A DNA stretch of 63,099 bases, filler included, from Octopus bimaculoides (Eukaryota): assembly GCF_001194135.2 (NCBI RefSeq). It is 6 parts of 5 records of this genome, joined end to end, with 100 filler letters (N's around TTAATTAATTAA, not from the genome) between each part and the next. Parts side by side here need not be neighbours in the genome. Positions count along the whole stretch, not along the records: positions 21,303 to 39,661 come from NC_068997.1; positions 39,762 to 44,985 come from NC_068987.1; positions 45,086 to 58,136 come from NC_068987.1; 3 more parts are not named here. One strand, 5' to 3'. The notes under the pieces were generated by a model that was not told the DNA's origin, did not search any database, and was given only the letters and a program-made list of their open reading frames with translations. The position numbers and the translations under genes were made by a program. Below, piece by piece: positions 39,093 to 51,714 of this stretch; the stretch's first letter is position 1, and each line of letters begins with the position of its first letter.

Positions 39093-40790
39093 AGATATGC
39101 GTGCGAATATGTGTGTGTGTGTGTGTGTGGATGTATGTTTGTATGTATGTATATATGTATGTGTATGTGTTACAATAAAGCGTGTTTCTGTAGCAATACT
39201 TAATTTGTTTATATTCTTTACAATATCATTCCTCATATTTATTCCGTTCATTTATTTATCTTTTTTGCCACTTAGTTCCTATAATTATGTTAACTGTCAT
39301 TCAATCAAATATCCCACACTACTCTTATTAATATAAATAAATGCGAACTGCTGCAAACTTGGAAACCAAAAAAACAATGAAAACAAAGCAAGCAAGGCGA
39401 AAATATCAACACTAACACCGTTAACATGGATAACAACATGAACAATAAGAAAAATCCCTACGTGTGACTGTAAATAAATCATAACGTGATATTGTAATGT
39501 ATTCGATACTGCGGTGTCGGGCAATACAAATGGTTATATGGATCAGTATAGCGTTGTATTTGGGTGTCATACACCTAATTGACATCGTTGTTTTGTTAAC
39601 GTCATTTAATAATGTAGTCAATTCGCTTGTATTATTATCATTATTATTATTATTATTATTANNNNNNNNNNNNNNNNNNNNNNNNNNNNNNNNNNNNNNN
39701 NNNNNTTAATTAATTAANNNNNNNNNNNNNNNNNNNNNNNNNNNNNNNNNNNNNNNNNNNNATATATATACACACACGCACAATCAAATATTATCCTCAA
39801 AAAATGGTTGGTCGAATGTCTTCTCCGTAAATTACCTGAATTTTATTTATTTCTCTGACAATTCCATTGAGTACAGAGCAAATGTTGTAAATACTTTTAA
39901 GTGTTCACCTTAACTGCACATTTATTTTTTACCCGTTTATTGTCATCATTTTGTGTCTCACTTATCTAGACCTTTTGTCTTCTACTATGTTCAGTTTCTC
40001 AGTCTTTCAATTTCAGTTATGCAAGTTTTAACTTCAGCTTTTACGGTTTCATAGTATGATATAACGTATTGTATTGCAAACATTATTTACTGTTAAGCAA
40101 AAGAGCATTAGTAATTCTAACTTTAATACGCATGTATTATAGTTAAGTTACTGCTTAGTGAAGAACGTGTGAATAATATCAACTGTGTACGTGAATTTCA
40201 AAGATATGTCTAGTGCATCAATTTATAGTTCACTCCAGTTCAATGAAAGTAATTGACACAAGCTGTTTATTCGCACAATTCTTGAAAATTGGAATTGAAT
40301 TTTCAGAGACGAACCCATAAGCATATTCTCAATATTTGCGTCAAATTCTCATAACAAATGTTTAAGACTTGTTTAAAGACAGAGTGAGGTTAGAGGCATA
40401 TTTGAATTGAATGGAGCTTCTAATGTTGATAGATTTATCAGCTCTTGTTGTAGTTGAAAGCACTCAGTGAAGAGACTTATAATATTCCAGACACTTCCAT
40501 CCCAGTTTTATGTATATTTACGATTACTTTGTCCAGTATGTCACCTTTACTTTTTAAGATAGTAGACTGTGATGGACACTTGGCTACTATTTCTAACTGT
40601 CTGGGGGGATTTACATAGATTTTCTCATGTTCACTGATTTGACTTGCATATATTTTGGGAAATACATTTGCTCTACCGGGCTCTATTATTTAAAGACTAT
40701 GTAGACAATTATTTAGCAACCCCGCTTTCGTCAGCTACAATGAAATGCTAGAAACATTCATTTATGCGAAATGGAATTTTCTTTTCTTAG

Positions 40791-40849
40791 TATGATGCAG
40801 ACATTCATGACGGATATCCATTCTCTATCATAGTTTGCACATATCTCAT
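40791..40849 (+). CDS. Candidate orphan 59-nt exon, product unknown
   Basis: Acceptor ttttcttttcttag and donor AT|gtaagt. One open frame, YDADIHDGYPFSIIVCTYL. Could be chance. Confidence 0.22.
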
Positions 40850-42445
40850 GTAAGTGCTGCTTTTTGTATTTATGGTCAGCTTTATACAGAGTTTTCAGAT
40901 TGTAGTGATATGTTAAGACCGTTTTCTCTAAATACTTGGCTTCATAGTAGTCTCATTTCTCATAAGAAAATACAGTAACCCAAATTTATATTCATATTGT
41001 TCTTTTTTTATATAGCTTATATCTTAGGAAAGAAGCTAGCAGTAATTGTATATTCTGTACAATTTGGAATGATTTTATTAAAAAATAAACGTCTGTTCCT
41101 TTCTGCAGAAAACAACATGCTACATTATATAAAAATAATGGGTTAAAACTCATGATTTAAAGCTGATTTAGTTCCATTAATGAATGGGGGAAATATTCAC
41201 ATGTCAAATACGCAATTTCGCTTCATTTATCTAACCATTTGGTTACCTATATTTTCACGGTAAATTCACTTCCTATGGTAACATAAATGTGACTCTCTTT
41301 GTAAATACAGTCTAGATTGAATTTCCCGTTTATGCTTACGGGAAAAATTATGTAACATTTAATAAATTATAGAGACCGGTAAATATTCACTGAGATTTAA
41401 ATCTCTTGAGTGGTAATCTAGATTTACATGTTATCAATTTCTTGTGAAAGGATATAAAGAAATTTCCGAATTTATTCTTCACATTCTGTTTGCAATTTTA
41501 AAATAAATTCGATGCTTGATAGATATTTTATCGAGTTATCACCATTGACTTTCACATTCTCGATTAAAGAAAATTCGATATGCTACCAAAAATCTGTCAT
41601 TCTTGAAAACTGGATAAGTTAGAAAAGATCATATGAGGTATTACATTTGATATGTACCTGTGATCTGAATATTACTAATACAGTCGTCATTACCTTTCTA
41701 AAAGTATTCTGGAGATATATTGATAATAAACAATAATAGAAATATTGATTTCATATAGAAAACATTATAATATCTAAAGATTCCTGAGATTCGGAGACAA
41801 GAGGGAAAGTATTAGTAATTTATCAAAATCTCAATATGTCAAGCAAATCTATGTGTGACCCTTATTATTTCAGTGTTCAATGAAATCCTATTCTAATTAA
41901 TCAAGTTTTGCTATAATCTTTTAATAATTCTAGGTAACTTTTCGTTTTTCATTAATTTTTAAATTTGCCCCAACAATTGTTTAATGTCCTTCACTGCATT
42001 CTTCCTCCGAATAAAATTTGTTGAACCAGTGGCAGTCACTTTTAAGCACTCAGTTTTTTCTTTAACACGAACATCTGTATTGCGTTGATGCCTAAGCAAA
42101 CTTGGTGCAAATTGGCTACTAGATATATGTATGTACGTTGATTTGCCTTTTAAAAATAATAATCTGATATCTATACTTCCAGGAATTGGAAATTTTGATA
42201 TCAGTTTTAGAGAAAATACTTATAATTTCACTTGTGATTATTTTAATGGTTAAGCTCTAAAGATTACAGTCATATTACTTCGCAAGTAGCGAATTCTCTG
42301 ATCGTAATTCGTAGTAGCGGCCAAATCTCTCGGCACAGCGTTGAAGGATTTTGTTGTGTTTTTCATATTAGCTATTGCCATAAACGTCATGCGTGGGTAT
42401 ACATACTTATACATATGCCTACATATGTGTATATATATGTACGGA

Positions 42446-42480
<35 letters not shown>

Positions 42481-42669
42481 CTCTTCCACTCTCTTTCTCT
42501 CTCTCTGTCTATATATATAAATATATATATATATATATANNNNNNNNNNNNNNNNNNNNNNNNNNNNNNNNNNNNNNNNNNNNATATAGAAACACACAAG
42601 CATATATACACGCGTGCGCACACACATACGTGCGCATATACACACGCGCGCGTACAGAGAGACAGACAG

Positions 42670-42716
<47 letters not shown>

Positions 42717-42727
42717 CATATATATGA

Positions 42728-42889
42728 CACGTTCCTTCACGGCGTCCGCTACCGAATCCACTCACAAGGCTTTGGTCAGCTTCACGCTATAGTAAAAATT
42801 ACTTGCCCAAGGTGACACGTAGCGCGACTGAATCCGGAACCTTGTTGTTAGATAGCAAACTTCTTACTAGTCACACATGTCTGCGCCTA
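42728..42889 (-). mobile_element. SINE family A head plus core
   Basis: gaatccactcacaaggctttggtcagc...cttgcccaaggtg...gactgaatccggaacc...gtctgcgcct. Confidence 0.85.
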
Positions 42890-42935
42890 TATATGTATAT
42901 AAGTGAGTGTGTAGCAGGTATAAGAAACGACTTAC

Positions 42936-43046
42936 TTTCAGGAATAATAATAGTTCATCGGCCAAGTATGTTGTAGGCTTTTTGCTTATCGAAGTTTGAA
43001 AATAATAGACGTAACAAATGTCAAGCAGTTTTTCAATAATTTGCAC
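42936..43046 (-). CDS. Candidate orphan 111-nt internal exon (phase 0-0), product unknown
   Basis: Acceptor gctttcctttcag and donor AAA|gtaagt. Only one frame is open: VQIIEKLLDICYVYYFQTSISKKPTTYLADELLLFLK. No family recognised. Confidence 0.4.
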
Positions 43047-44148
43047 CTGAAAGGAAAGCATTCACATGCAGCGCCTGGTAATCGGGAAGCTTTATTTTAT
43101 ATGTTCACATTCTCATATAAATAGTTTTGTATGAACGCATGATCTTCCTATTTATATCAGTCGTTCAAATGAGACTTGCATTATCGCTCTGCGTATCTGA
43201 GTCAGCCTTGTGCTAAAACCAGAATCACTATTATTAAAGAAAACTAAACACTGTGCATATGAACTGCACATTGAGTTGTGTTCAAATTCGCAATACAGTA
43301 AGTAAAATACTAACCAATCAGGACAATGTACAGGTAAGTTGGCAAATAACCAAACGTGGTTGCAGCATGTATTTTCAGCATGATGAGAACGCCAGCTATC
43401 GACCTGAATGGGGCTTCATAAACTATATCATGATTCACATGGGCCTTTCACTGCTCCTACCGCATGATATATCAGATGGATAAATGTTGTTACCTATTAT
43501 TGAGAGCAGTAGAGAGGGAAAATGGTGATATGTAAGTACATAAACACTTATATAAGTATATATTGCTATGGGCATAGGAACAAACAGCACAGATATCGAT
43601 AGAAAGGTTTTATATATTTTCTGAGGTGGTTTACCGCGCAGACGATAACTTCTCAAGAAAAGAAATTGAATAATTTCCCAATTATAAAAAAAGAAAAGCC
43701 TTGAGGTAGAAATATCGACGATATGGATTATTGACACAAGAAGTATCTCTTATCTAATAGAAGCGCTGGGTGCACTGACGTGGAATACAAAGAGAAAAAT
43801 CAAATAACTACTTGGTGAACATTTCGTGTGTGAAGAATAGAAGATAACGTTCATCAAAAGTGCTAATATTATGCAGACAGATATCGCTAACAGAAAACAG
43901 GTAAGAAATAGTCTGTATCTATGACTAATAGAATGGTATCCATGACATGACTTCGATGTAAGTTGTGTATGGATACATAAATACATACCTACCTACCTAC
44001 CTACCTACATACTTAACATACATACATACATACATACATACATACTTAACATACATACATATATACATACATACATATGTACATATAAAGTAAATATATA
44101 AAGAGATAGAGATAGAAGTGGATATGGGTAAGCATATATATGTATATT

Positions 44149-44192
<44 letters not shown>

Positions 44193-44350
44193 CAAGACTT
44201 AAGTAATGAGTTAATGAATAAAATCCGGGCTACTTATATTCTATAGCGAGCGGAATCACGAAAGTGGTAAATAACTAAGCGAGGTGTATACCGCAGGATA
44301 CTCTTCAAGGCAAAGTCATCTTGCTTAAATGAAGTTTAGTTTGTTTTTAG

Positions 44351-44411
44351 GAGGTCCATGTTAACACACGGAGGATTCTGATCGAATCCTCCGTGTGTTA
44401 CAACGGGCCTC
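44351..44411. other. 61-nt inverted repeat (hairpin)
   Basis: Perfect 17-bp stem taacacacggaggattc (44362-44378) / gaatcctccgtgtgtta (44384-44400), loop tgatc; imperfect pairing extends to gaggtcc / gggcctc. Confidence 0.9.
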
Positions 44412-46612
44412 TCAACGACATATTTTTTGCTAATATGTCAACTTTGATATCCATCCCTGGCTCCAGGACACTTCCTTCTCTTGTAATCTACGTTTACTCT
44501 CTTGTTTCTGATTATTATCAACTCTGGTCTTCATAGCACAAATACCTTTTTATTCATCCAACCAGCGCCTTCTTCCCATCATTCGGTCTAGCTTCCTTTC
44601 TTACACCCAATATTTTCGAATGAACTTGAATAACTGTAAATATTCTTACAATCTGAATGATTTGGCTTTGCTCAAAGGGTTCATAGGAACGTGTTCTATT
44701 ATATAAACCTACAACATTATGGGTGTTTTTATGTAATCAATGTGATTCTGTTAAGCCATAGTACACCCGAAACAGCTGTCAAGATAATACTACTTTTTGA
44801 AACTTTTCCCATTTTATATTCTTTATAACCTAGTTTACGCACGATGTAATTCACGTTCCATGTAAAATATAGTCATTATCTCTCATTTAGTTTATATGCC
44901 TTTCTCTATTTCATTTCTCCCTGTCTCTGCTTCTGAATATATATATATATATATATTCATACATATATATATATATATATATATANNNNNNNNNNNNNNN
45001 NNNNNNNNNNNNNNNNNNNNNNNNNNNNNTTAATTAATTAANNNNNNNNNNNNNNNNNNNNNNNNNNNNNNNNNNNNNNNNNNNNTATATATATACATAC
45101 ATATGTATACATTGACTCGCACACACACGTACACGCACACACACGTACATGCACACACACGTACACGCACACACACGTACACGCACACACACGTACGCGC
45201 ACACACACGTACGCGCGCACACGCACGCACGCACAGACACACATTCTATATTACAGCCTTTCTGTACGTGTGTTCATATCTCTGATGCAGATCTCCACAC
45301 TCTACATCCATCGCATGGTCTCTTCCTCTGTTAACACACATGCATTAACGCATATAGTCATACACGCATACATATCTAAACACGTGCACCCACATGTACA
45401 CACGCACACATACGTATATATTCGTTGTGTGCATGTTGTGTTGCGTATGCTTTGAAATTAAAAGATAAGTTTAGTGAATTCTAGCCTGACTTTTTTATAT
45501 AGTTGCCTCCAGTTCGCGCATTATCATAGAACTTGGAGAGAGATTGGGAGAGAGAGAGAGAGAGAGAGAAAGAGGGAGAGAGAAAGAGAGAGAGAGGGGC
45601 GATAGAGAGAGAGTGTGGAAGAGAAAGAGAGAGAGAAACAAAAAACGGCAGTTTTGAGTAGAAAACGTACAAACATGTATGTGTGTGTGCGTTTGTGTGC
45701 GCGTGTGAGTATATATATGATGTGATATGTAAACACACACACCCACATATGTATACATGTATATNNNNNNNNNNNNNNNNNNNNNNNNNNNNNNNNNNNN
45801 NNNNNNNNNNNNNNNNNNNNNNNNNNNNNNNNNNNNNNNNNNNNNNNNNNNNNNNNNNNNNNNNNNNNNNNNNNNNNNNNNNNNNNNNNNNNNNNNNNNN
45901 NNNNNNNNNNNNNNNNNNNNNNNNNNNNNNNNNNNNNNNNNNNNNNNNNNNNNNNNNNNNNNNNNNNNNNNNNNNNNNNNNNNNNNNNNNNNNNNNNNNN
46001 NNNNNNNNNNNNNNNNNNNNNNNNNNNNNNNNNNNNNNNNNNNNNNNNNNNNNNNNNNNNNNNNNNNNNNNNNNNNNNNNNNNNNNNNNNNNNNNNNNNN
46101 NNNNNNNNNNNNNNNNNNNNNNNNNNNNNNNNNNNNNNNNNNNNNNNNNNNNNNNNNNNNNNNNNNNNNNNNNNNNNNNNNNNNNNNNNNNNNNNNNNNN
46201 NNNNNNNNNNNNNNNNNNNNNNNNNNNNNNNNNNNNNNNNNNNNNNNNNNNNNNNNNNNNNNNNNNNNNNNNNNNNNNNNNNNNNNNNNNNNNNNNNNNN
46301 NNNNNNNNNNNNNNNNNNNNNNNNNNNNNNNNNNNNNNNNNNNNNNNNNNNNNNNNNNNNNNNNNNNNNNNNNNNNNNNNNNNNNNNNNNNNNNNNNNNN
46401 NNNNNNNNNNNNNNNNNNNNNNNNNNNNNNNNNNNNNNNNNNNNNNNNNNNNNNNNNNNNNNNNNNNNNNNNNNNNNNNNNNNNNNNNNNNNNNNNNNNN
46501 NNNNNNNNNNNNNNNNNNNNNNNNNNNNNNNNNNNNNNNNNNNNNNNNNNNNNNNNNNNNNNNNNNNNNNNNNNNNNNNNNNNNNNNNNNNNNNNNNNNN
46601 NNNNNNNNNNNN

Positions 46613-46668
<56 letters not shown>

Positions 46669-46678
46669 GTGCATTAGT

Positions 46679-46709
<31 letters not shown>

Positions 46710-47084
46710 ATGTACAATAGGCCTATACTGATACTTAAACTTAACCACATCTACTTAGAGACGCACTTGTATAGACATGTGAAAATGCTCTTAGCTGACG
46801 CATACTAACGATTGCCAATGCATTCGCAGACACACCTGCACATTCATGCACACACACACACACACACACACATTGCACTCAAATGCACGCACGTAAAACG
46901 ACAAACATCTCCTCTTCAATGAAACTACTTCTATAAAAGAGACACATTGAATCCCACATGCTTATACACACATGCGCAAGCTCAAGCAGCGCTGCTTTCT
47001 TATTCGCTCTCTGTTTCTCTTCTCTTTCATTCCGCGTTTGTTTACATGTGGTCAACAGATGCAACGCTTTTATGAGTAAGACTA

Positions 47085-47294
47085 ACAGAGAGCTTGCTAA
47101 CTCGAGGTACCTCGGGGGGCAAGTATCTTCTACGATATAACCCCACCGGACCGACCAACGCTTTGTGAGAATGAATTTGGTTGACGGAAACTGTATGGAA
47201 GCCTATCGTATACACAACCACACACATATATGTTATATATGTACATACACACATTTTATATATGCGTGTGTATGCCAATATGTATGTATGTATG

Positions 47295-47359
<65 letters not shown>

Positions 47360-47880
47360 NNNNNNNNNNNNNNNNNNNNNNNNNNNNNNNNNNNNNNNNN
47401 NNNNNNNNNNNNNNNNNNNNNNNNNNNNNNNNNNNNNNNNNNNNNNNNNNNNNNNNNNNNNNNNNNNNNNNNNNNNNNNNNNNNNNNNNNNNNNNNNNNN
47501 NNNNNNNNNNNNNNNNNNNNNNNNNNNNNNNNNNNNNNNNNNNNNNNNNNNNNNNNNNNNNNNNNNNNNNNNNNNNNNNNNNNNNNNNNNNNNNNNNNNN
47601 NNNNNNNNNNNNNNNNNNNNNNNNTATATATGTGTGTGTGTGTGTTTGTATGTGTATATAAGTGTCCTTGTGTTTGTGATTTCCCCTCTCACCGCTTGAC
47701 AAAAAGGGGCCTGTTAGCTTAAGTCTCTAAAGTTGCGGTTCAGCGAAAGAAACCGATTGAATAGGTGTCAAACCTTAAAAACAAAGAAAGTCCTGGGGTC
47801 GATTTGTTTGAATAAATCCTTCAAGGCGATGCTCCATCATGGCCGCAGTCCAATGAGTGAATCAAATGAAATTTAAAAGA
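47085..47880 (+). mobile_element. SINE family A split by internal microsatellite and N-gap
   Basis: Core gggcaagtatcttctacgatataacc...gacggaaactgtatggaagcctatcg before the gap; tail caccgcttgacaaa...gtcctggggtcgatttg after it. Confidence 0.8.
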
Positions 47881-47965
47881 TATTTTGAGTTGACCATCAG
47901 ATCAAGATTGTGATGATTAGTTGCTGTATGCTTGTCTGCATTTGCCATTTATTTATATACCTAAA

Positions 47966-48340
47966 GTGGAGGTGCAATGGCCCAGTAGTTAGGGCAGCGG
48001 ACTCGCGGTCGTAGGATCGCGGTTTCGATTTCCTGACCGAGAGTGTATATTGAGCGAAAACACCTGAAGCTTCACGAGGCTCCATCAAGGGATGGTGGCG
48101 AACCCTGCTGTATTCTTTCACCACAACTTTCCCTCACGCTTTCTTTCTGCTTCTGCTGTACCTGTATTTCAAATGGCCAGCCTTGTCACACTCTGTGTCA
48201 CGCTGAATCTCCCCGAGAACTACGTTAAGGGCACACGTGTCTGTGGAGTGCTCAGCCACTTGCACGTTAATTTTATGAGCAGGGTGTTCTGTTGATCGAA
48301 TCAACTGGAACCCTCGTCGTCGTAACCGACAGAGTGCCAC
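47966..48340 (+). mobile_element. tRNA-derived SINE, family B
   Basis: Head ggaggtgcaatggcccagtagttagggcagcggactcgcggtcgtaggatcgcggtttcgatt; closely similar to 56057-56425; 9-bp flanking duplication atacctaaa at 47957-47965 and 48343-48351. Confidence 0.9.
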
Positions 48341-49028
48341 AAATACCTAAATATTATTGCTTAGGTCAGTTTTGGCCTTATGTTTTTTATTCGATAAAAT
48401 AAAATGGCTGTCAAGCACGGAGGTCGATAAAGAAAAATAAAATAAAATAAAAACAAACCTGCCAGTAGCTGTAATGTAAGCGACTAAATGTCTTTCGTTG
48501 AAATTACTGGCCTTGTGCTCAAATCAGAAACTGTTATTTATAAATTTCGAGAGGTTTTTCGGTCGGGGATACTAGGAATAACTTCAATTAATCCCTGGCC
48601 TGAATTTGCAACTGTTGGATCACTGCCGCTTTGAGATAAACTCTACAGGTACAGAAGCGCTGCCAGGCAAGACTACTCGAAATGCACACAAAGCGACGAC
48701 TGTATTGCACGCACTCATGTGCAGTGTAGGAACATCTCTGACTTTTGGAGTTATGGTGAACAGCTGTTATCACTCATGAGATGAATCCAATTATCGGCTG
48801 AATCCATCGGGAGGATCACCTACAACGATCGTCTTACCACCGGCCTTTAGCAAGCTGAGGAAGGCGGCGTTCTTCTGTCTAGCGCAGGTTCTTAACCATT
48901 TTTTTTTTGTATAAGGACCTCTTTGTTGCCAATTTTATTCAGATGAACCCTTATAGCCATCTGATGTTTAAAAATCGTATTATACATATATAAATATATA
49001 TTATTAGAAATTGCATTAAAATCATATA

Positions 49029-49190
49029 CAGGGTGTTCAAAAATTCTCTGCGCAGTGAATTTTTCTCATCCTGACTCTCCAAGATGTATTTCAAAACATG
49101 TGTAGAGGAGTCAACTTATGTTATTGAAAATGAAAGATGACACTTTCAACATTTCTTATAAAGTTTTTTAAAGTCTTGTAAAGTCTTTAT
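49029..49190 (+). mobile_element. Tc1/mariner-type terminal fragment
   Basis: TA|cagggtgttcaaaa terminus at 49027 onward. Confidence 0.5.
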
Positions 49191-49194
49191 TTAG

Positions 49195-49605
49195 ATAATT
49201 GGTTAGATCGACAACGGTACGACTCGACCGCTATAGACTATCCAAATTGGCCTCCGCAGGTGTGTGCGGAGGTCTTATATGTCAGAGAAGGAAAAAATGT
49301 TGAAAGGANNNNNNNNNNTTATATGTCAGAGAAGGAAAAAATGTTGAAAGGATATGTGACAGGAAGGACTTCATCATCATAAAGCCGGGCCAGCCATTGC
49401 GGGTTGTCCTGCAGGTAGCAGGAATCTTGCTTGGGGGCCTGGATGTGGAGGACTATAGAACTTGATTTAATTTGAATTTGTTGATGATTTTTATTGAACA
49501 AGGTTTTCGAGGGGTTGTCGGTCGGCGGGCGCCGGTGCCTCTCCCATTTTTTACTCATCTTTTTGTATCCATTTCGTTCATTAATGTCTGTGTCCAGCCC
49601 ACAGC
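49195..49605 (-). mobile_element. Probable LINE fragment with 3' stem-loop
   Basis: Frameshifted ORF (..GWTQTLMNE.. / ..LARLYDDEVLPVTYPFNIFSFSDI*), then hairpin ggcctccgca-ggtgtg-tgcggaggtc (49249-49274) and a minus-strand aataaa. Confidence 0.4.
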
Positions 49606-49662
49606 TTCTTTATGTTTGTTTGTCCCCTCTATGTAATGCCTTTATGGCAAAATTTATGAAAT

Positions 49663-50021
49663 AAAGAAGATTGCTGCCCAACAACATGGTTCTGGGTTCA
49701 GTCCCACTGCGTGGCACCTTGGGCAAGTGTTTTCGGCTATAGCCTCGAGCTGACCAAAGTGGATTTGGAAGACACGGAAATTCAGAGAAGCCCGCAGTAT
49801 ATATATATATATTCATGTGTGTGTCTTTGTATCTATGTTATCCCCTACCATCGCTTGACAACCGATGTTGGTATGTTTGCGTTCCCGTAACTTAGCGGTT
49901 CGGCATAAGTGACCGATAGAATAAGTACCAGGCTTACAAAAAATAAATCCTGGAATCAATTTGCTCGACTAAAAGGCGGTGCTTCAGTATGGCCGCAGTC
50001 AAACAACTGAAAGAAATAAAA

Positions 50022-50025
<4 letters not shown>
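49663..50025 (+). mobile_element. SINE family A
   Basis: ggttctgggttcagtcccactgcgtggcaccttgggcaagtg, core, and tail. Confidence 0.92.
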
Positions 50026-50064
<39 letters not shown>

Positions 50065-50214
50065 GTGTTTTGTTGAAGTATAACCAATTTATTGCAAATA
50101 AATTTTTAAAATAAAATCTTATGCAGAGCTCGAAGGGTTATGTGTACCCTGGTTGAGGATCACTGGTCTAGTGGTTTCGACGAAAGGAGCTGTGTGGTGA
50201 ACATATATACATAT

Positions 50215-50405
50215 GTATTTGTGTGTCTGTGTTTGTCCCCCATCATCGCTTGACAACCGAAGCTGGTGTGTTTACGCCTCCGTAACTTAGTGGTTCGGCA
50301 AAATAGACTGATAGAAAAAGTACGAGGCTAGCAAAGAATGAGTCCTGTGGTCGATTTATTCGACTAAAGGCGGTACTCTAGCATGGTACTCAAAGAATAA
50401 AGATA
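50215..50405 (+). mobile_element. SINE family A tail module
   Basis: gtttgtccccatcatcgcttgacaaccgaagctgg...cgactaaaggcggtactctagcatgg. Confidence 0.88.
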
Positions 50406-50673
50406 CAGCGTGGCACAGTATCTTTGTACCTTTGCATCACAAGTATAATCCTTTGGACAGGCTTCCGTACAGTTTTCGTTCATCCAATTTCACTCATGAA
50501 GTACTGTTCACTCCAGGCTGCATAGATTGACGTTTGCCTAACTTACTACGCAGTAGGATCGAACTCGGAACCTCGTGGTTGCCATGCACATTATTAAATA
50601 TTTGCCCATTCTGCGCCTACATGAACATATAACACGCACAACGCCCTTTCCCCCCTCTCCCTCTGTCACACAG

Positions 50674-50710
<37 letters not shown>

Positions 50711-50881
50711 GAGAGAGATACATTCATACACACATATACATATATATGCATTATTATTATATATATGTGTGTGTGTGTGTGTGTGCAGAGAGAGAAAGAG
50801 AGAGAGAGAAAGAGAGGGAGAGAGAGAGAGGGAGAGAGAATGGGGGAGAGAGAGAGGGAGAGAGAATGGGGGGGAGAGGGA

Positions 50882-50928
<47 letters not shown>

Positions 50929-51187
50929 TCCTGAAACAGCGTGGGTTNNNNNNNNNNNNNNNNNNNNNNNNNNNNNNNNNNNNNNNNNNNNNNNNNNNNN
51001 NNNNNNNNNNNNNNNNNNNNNNNNNNNNNNNNNNNNNNNNNNNNNNNNNNNNNNNNNNNNNNNNNNNNAGATCTACTCCCTGCGCTGTACGTCACCGTAT
51101 TAATCCAGAGTTATAAAGTTCAGGTTGTTTTTGTTGTTTAGCGATCGCGCAGGTATATGATCAAAAGTGTTCTAGCCGTGGCCACCC

Positions 51188-51189
<2 letters not shown>

Positions 51190-51262
<73 letters not shown>
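51190..51262 (+). repeat. (TTA)n microsatellite
   Basis: Direct reading. Confidence 0.95.
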
Positions 51263-51264
<2 letters not shown>

Positions 51265-51451
51265 TTTACACTGTTTATACCAGTTCAACATTCAATATGT
51301 TCTTATTAACAGCAACAACAACGAAAGGACAACATGGCGATATGTGATTTGATGCAGATCACTTTATTACGTAATGTCATGTAATATGATTATGTAACTA
51401 ATAATGCGAACATATAACTTATGGAATCTATGTACGTAATGCAGATACATA

Positions 51452-51714
51452 GGCGCAGGCGTGGCTGTGTGGTAAGTAGCATGTTTCTCAACCGCATGGG
51501 TCCGGGTTCAGTCCCACTGCGTGGCACCTTGGGCAAGTGTTTTCTACTATAATCTCGGGCCGACCAAAGCCTTGTAAGTGGATTTGGTAGGCGGAAACTG
51601 AAAGAAGCTTCTCGTGTGGCTGTGTGGTAAGAAGCTTGCTTACCAACCACATGGTTCCGGGTTCAGTCCCACTGCGTGGCACCTTGGGCAAGTGTCTTAT
51701 CAAGAAGCCCGTCG

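Larger units (their letters stand above)
48885..50165 (+). mobile_element. hAT (Charlie-like) MITE expanded by nested insertions
   Basis: Ends caggttcttaacc and ggttgaggatcactg; 8-bp TSD gtctagcg (48877-48884) / gtctagtg (50166-50173), close to the NTCTAGAN Charlie-type target consensus. Confidence 0.75.

Noticed and set aside
47968-48045. tRNA gene (likewise heads at 51452, 56057 and others)
   Set aside because: tRNA-like A/B boxes continue into SINE bodies with TSDs, and no complete cloverleaf or acceptor stem is evident.
48760-48870. NAAFLSLLKAGGKTIVVGDPPDGFS as the next luciferase-like exon
   Set aside because: No suitable splice sites, an in-frame stop follows, and the ELxxQL motif is absent.
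49275-49352. 34-bp direct repeat flanking a 10-N gap
   Set aside because: Typical unmerged contig overlap (negative gap).
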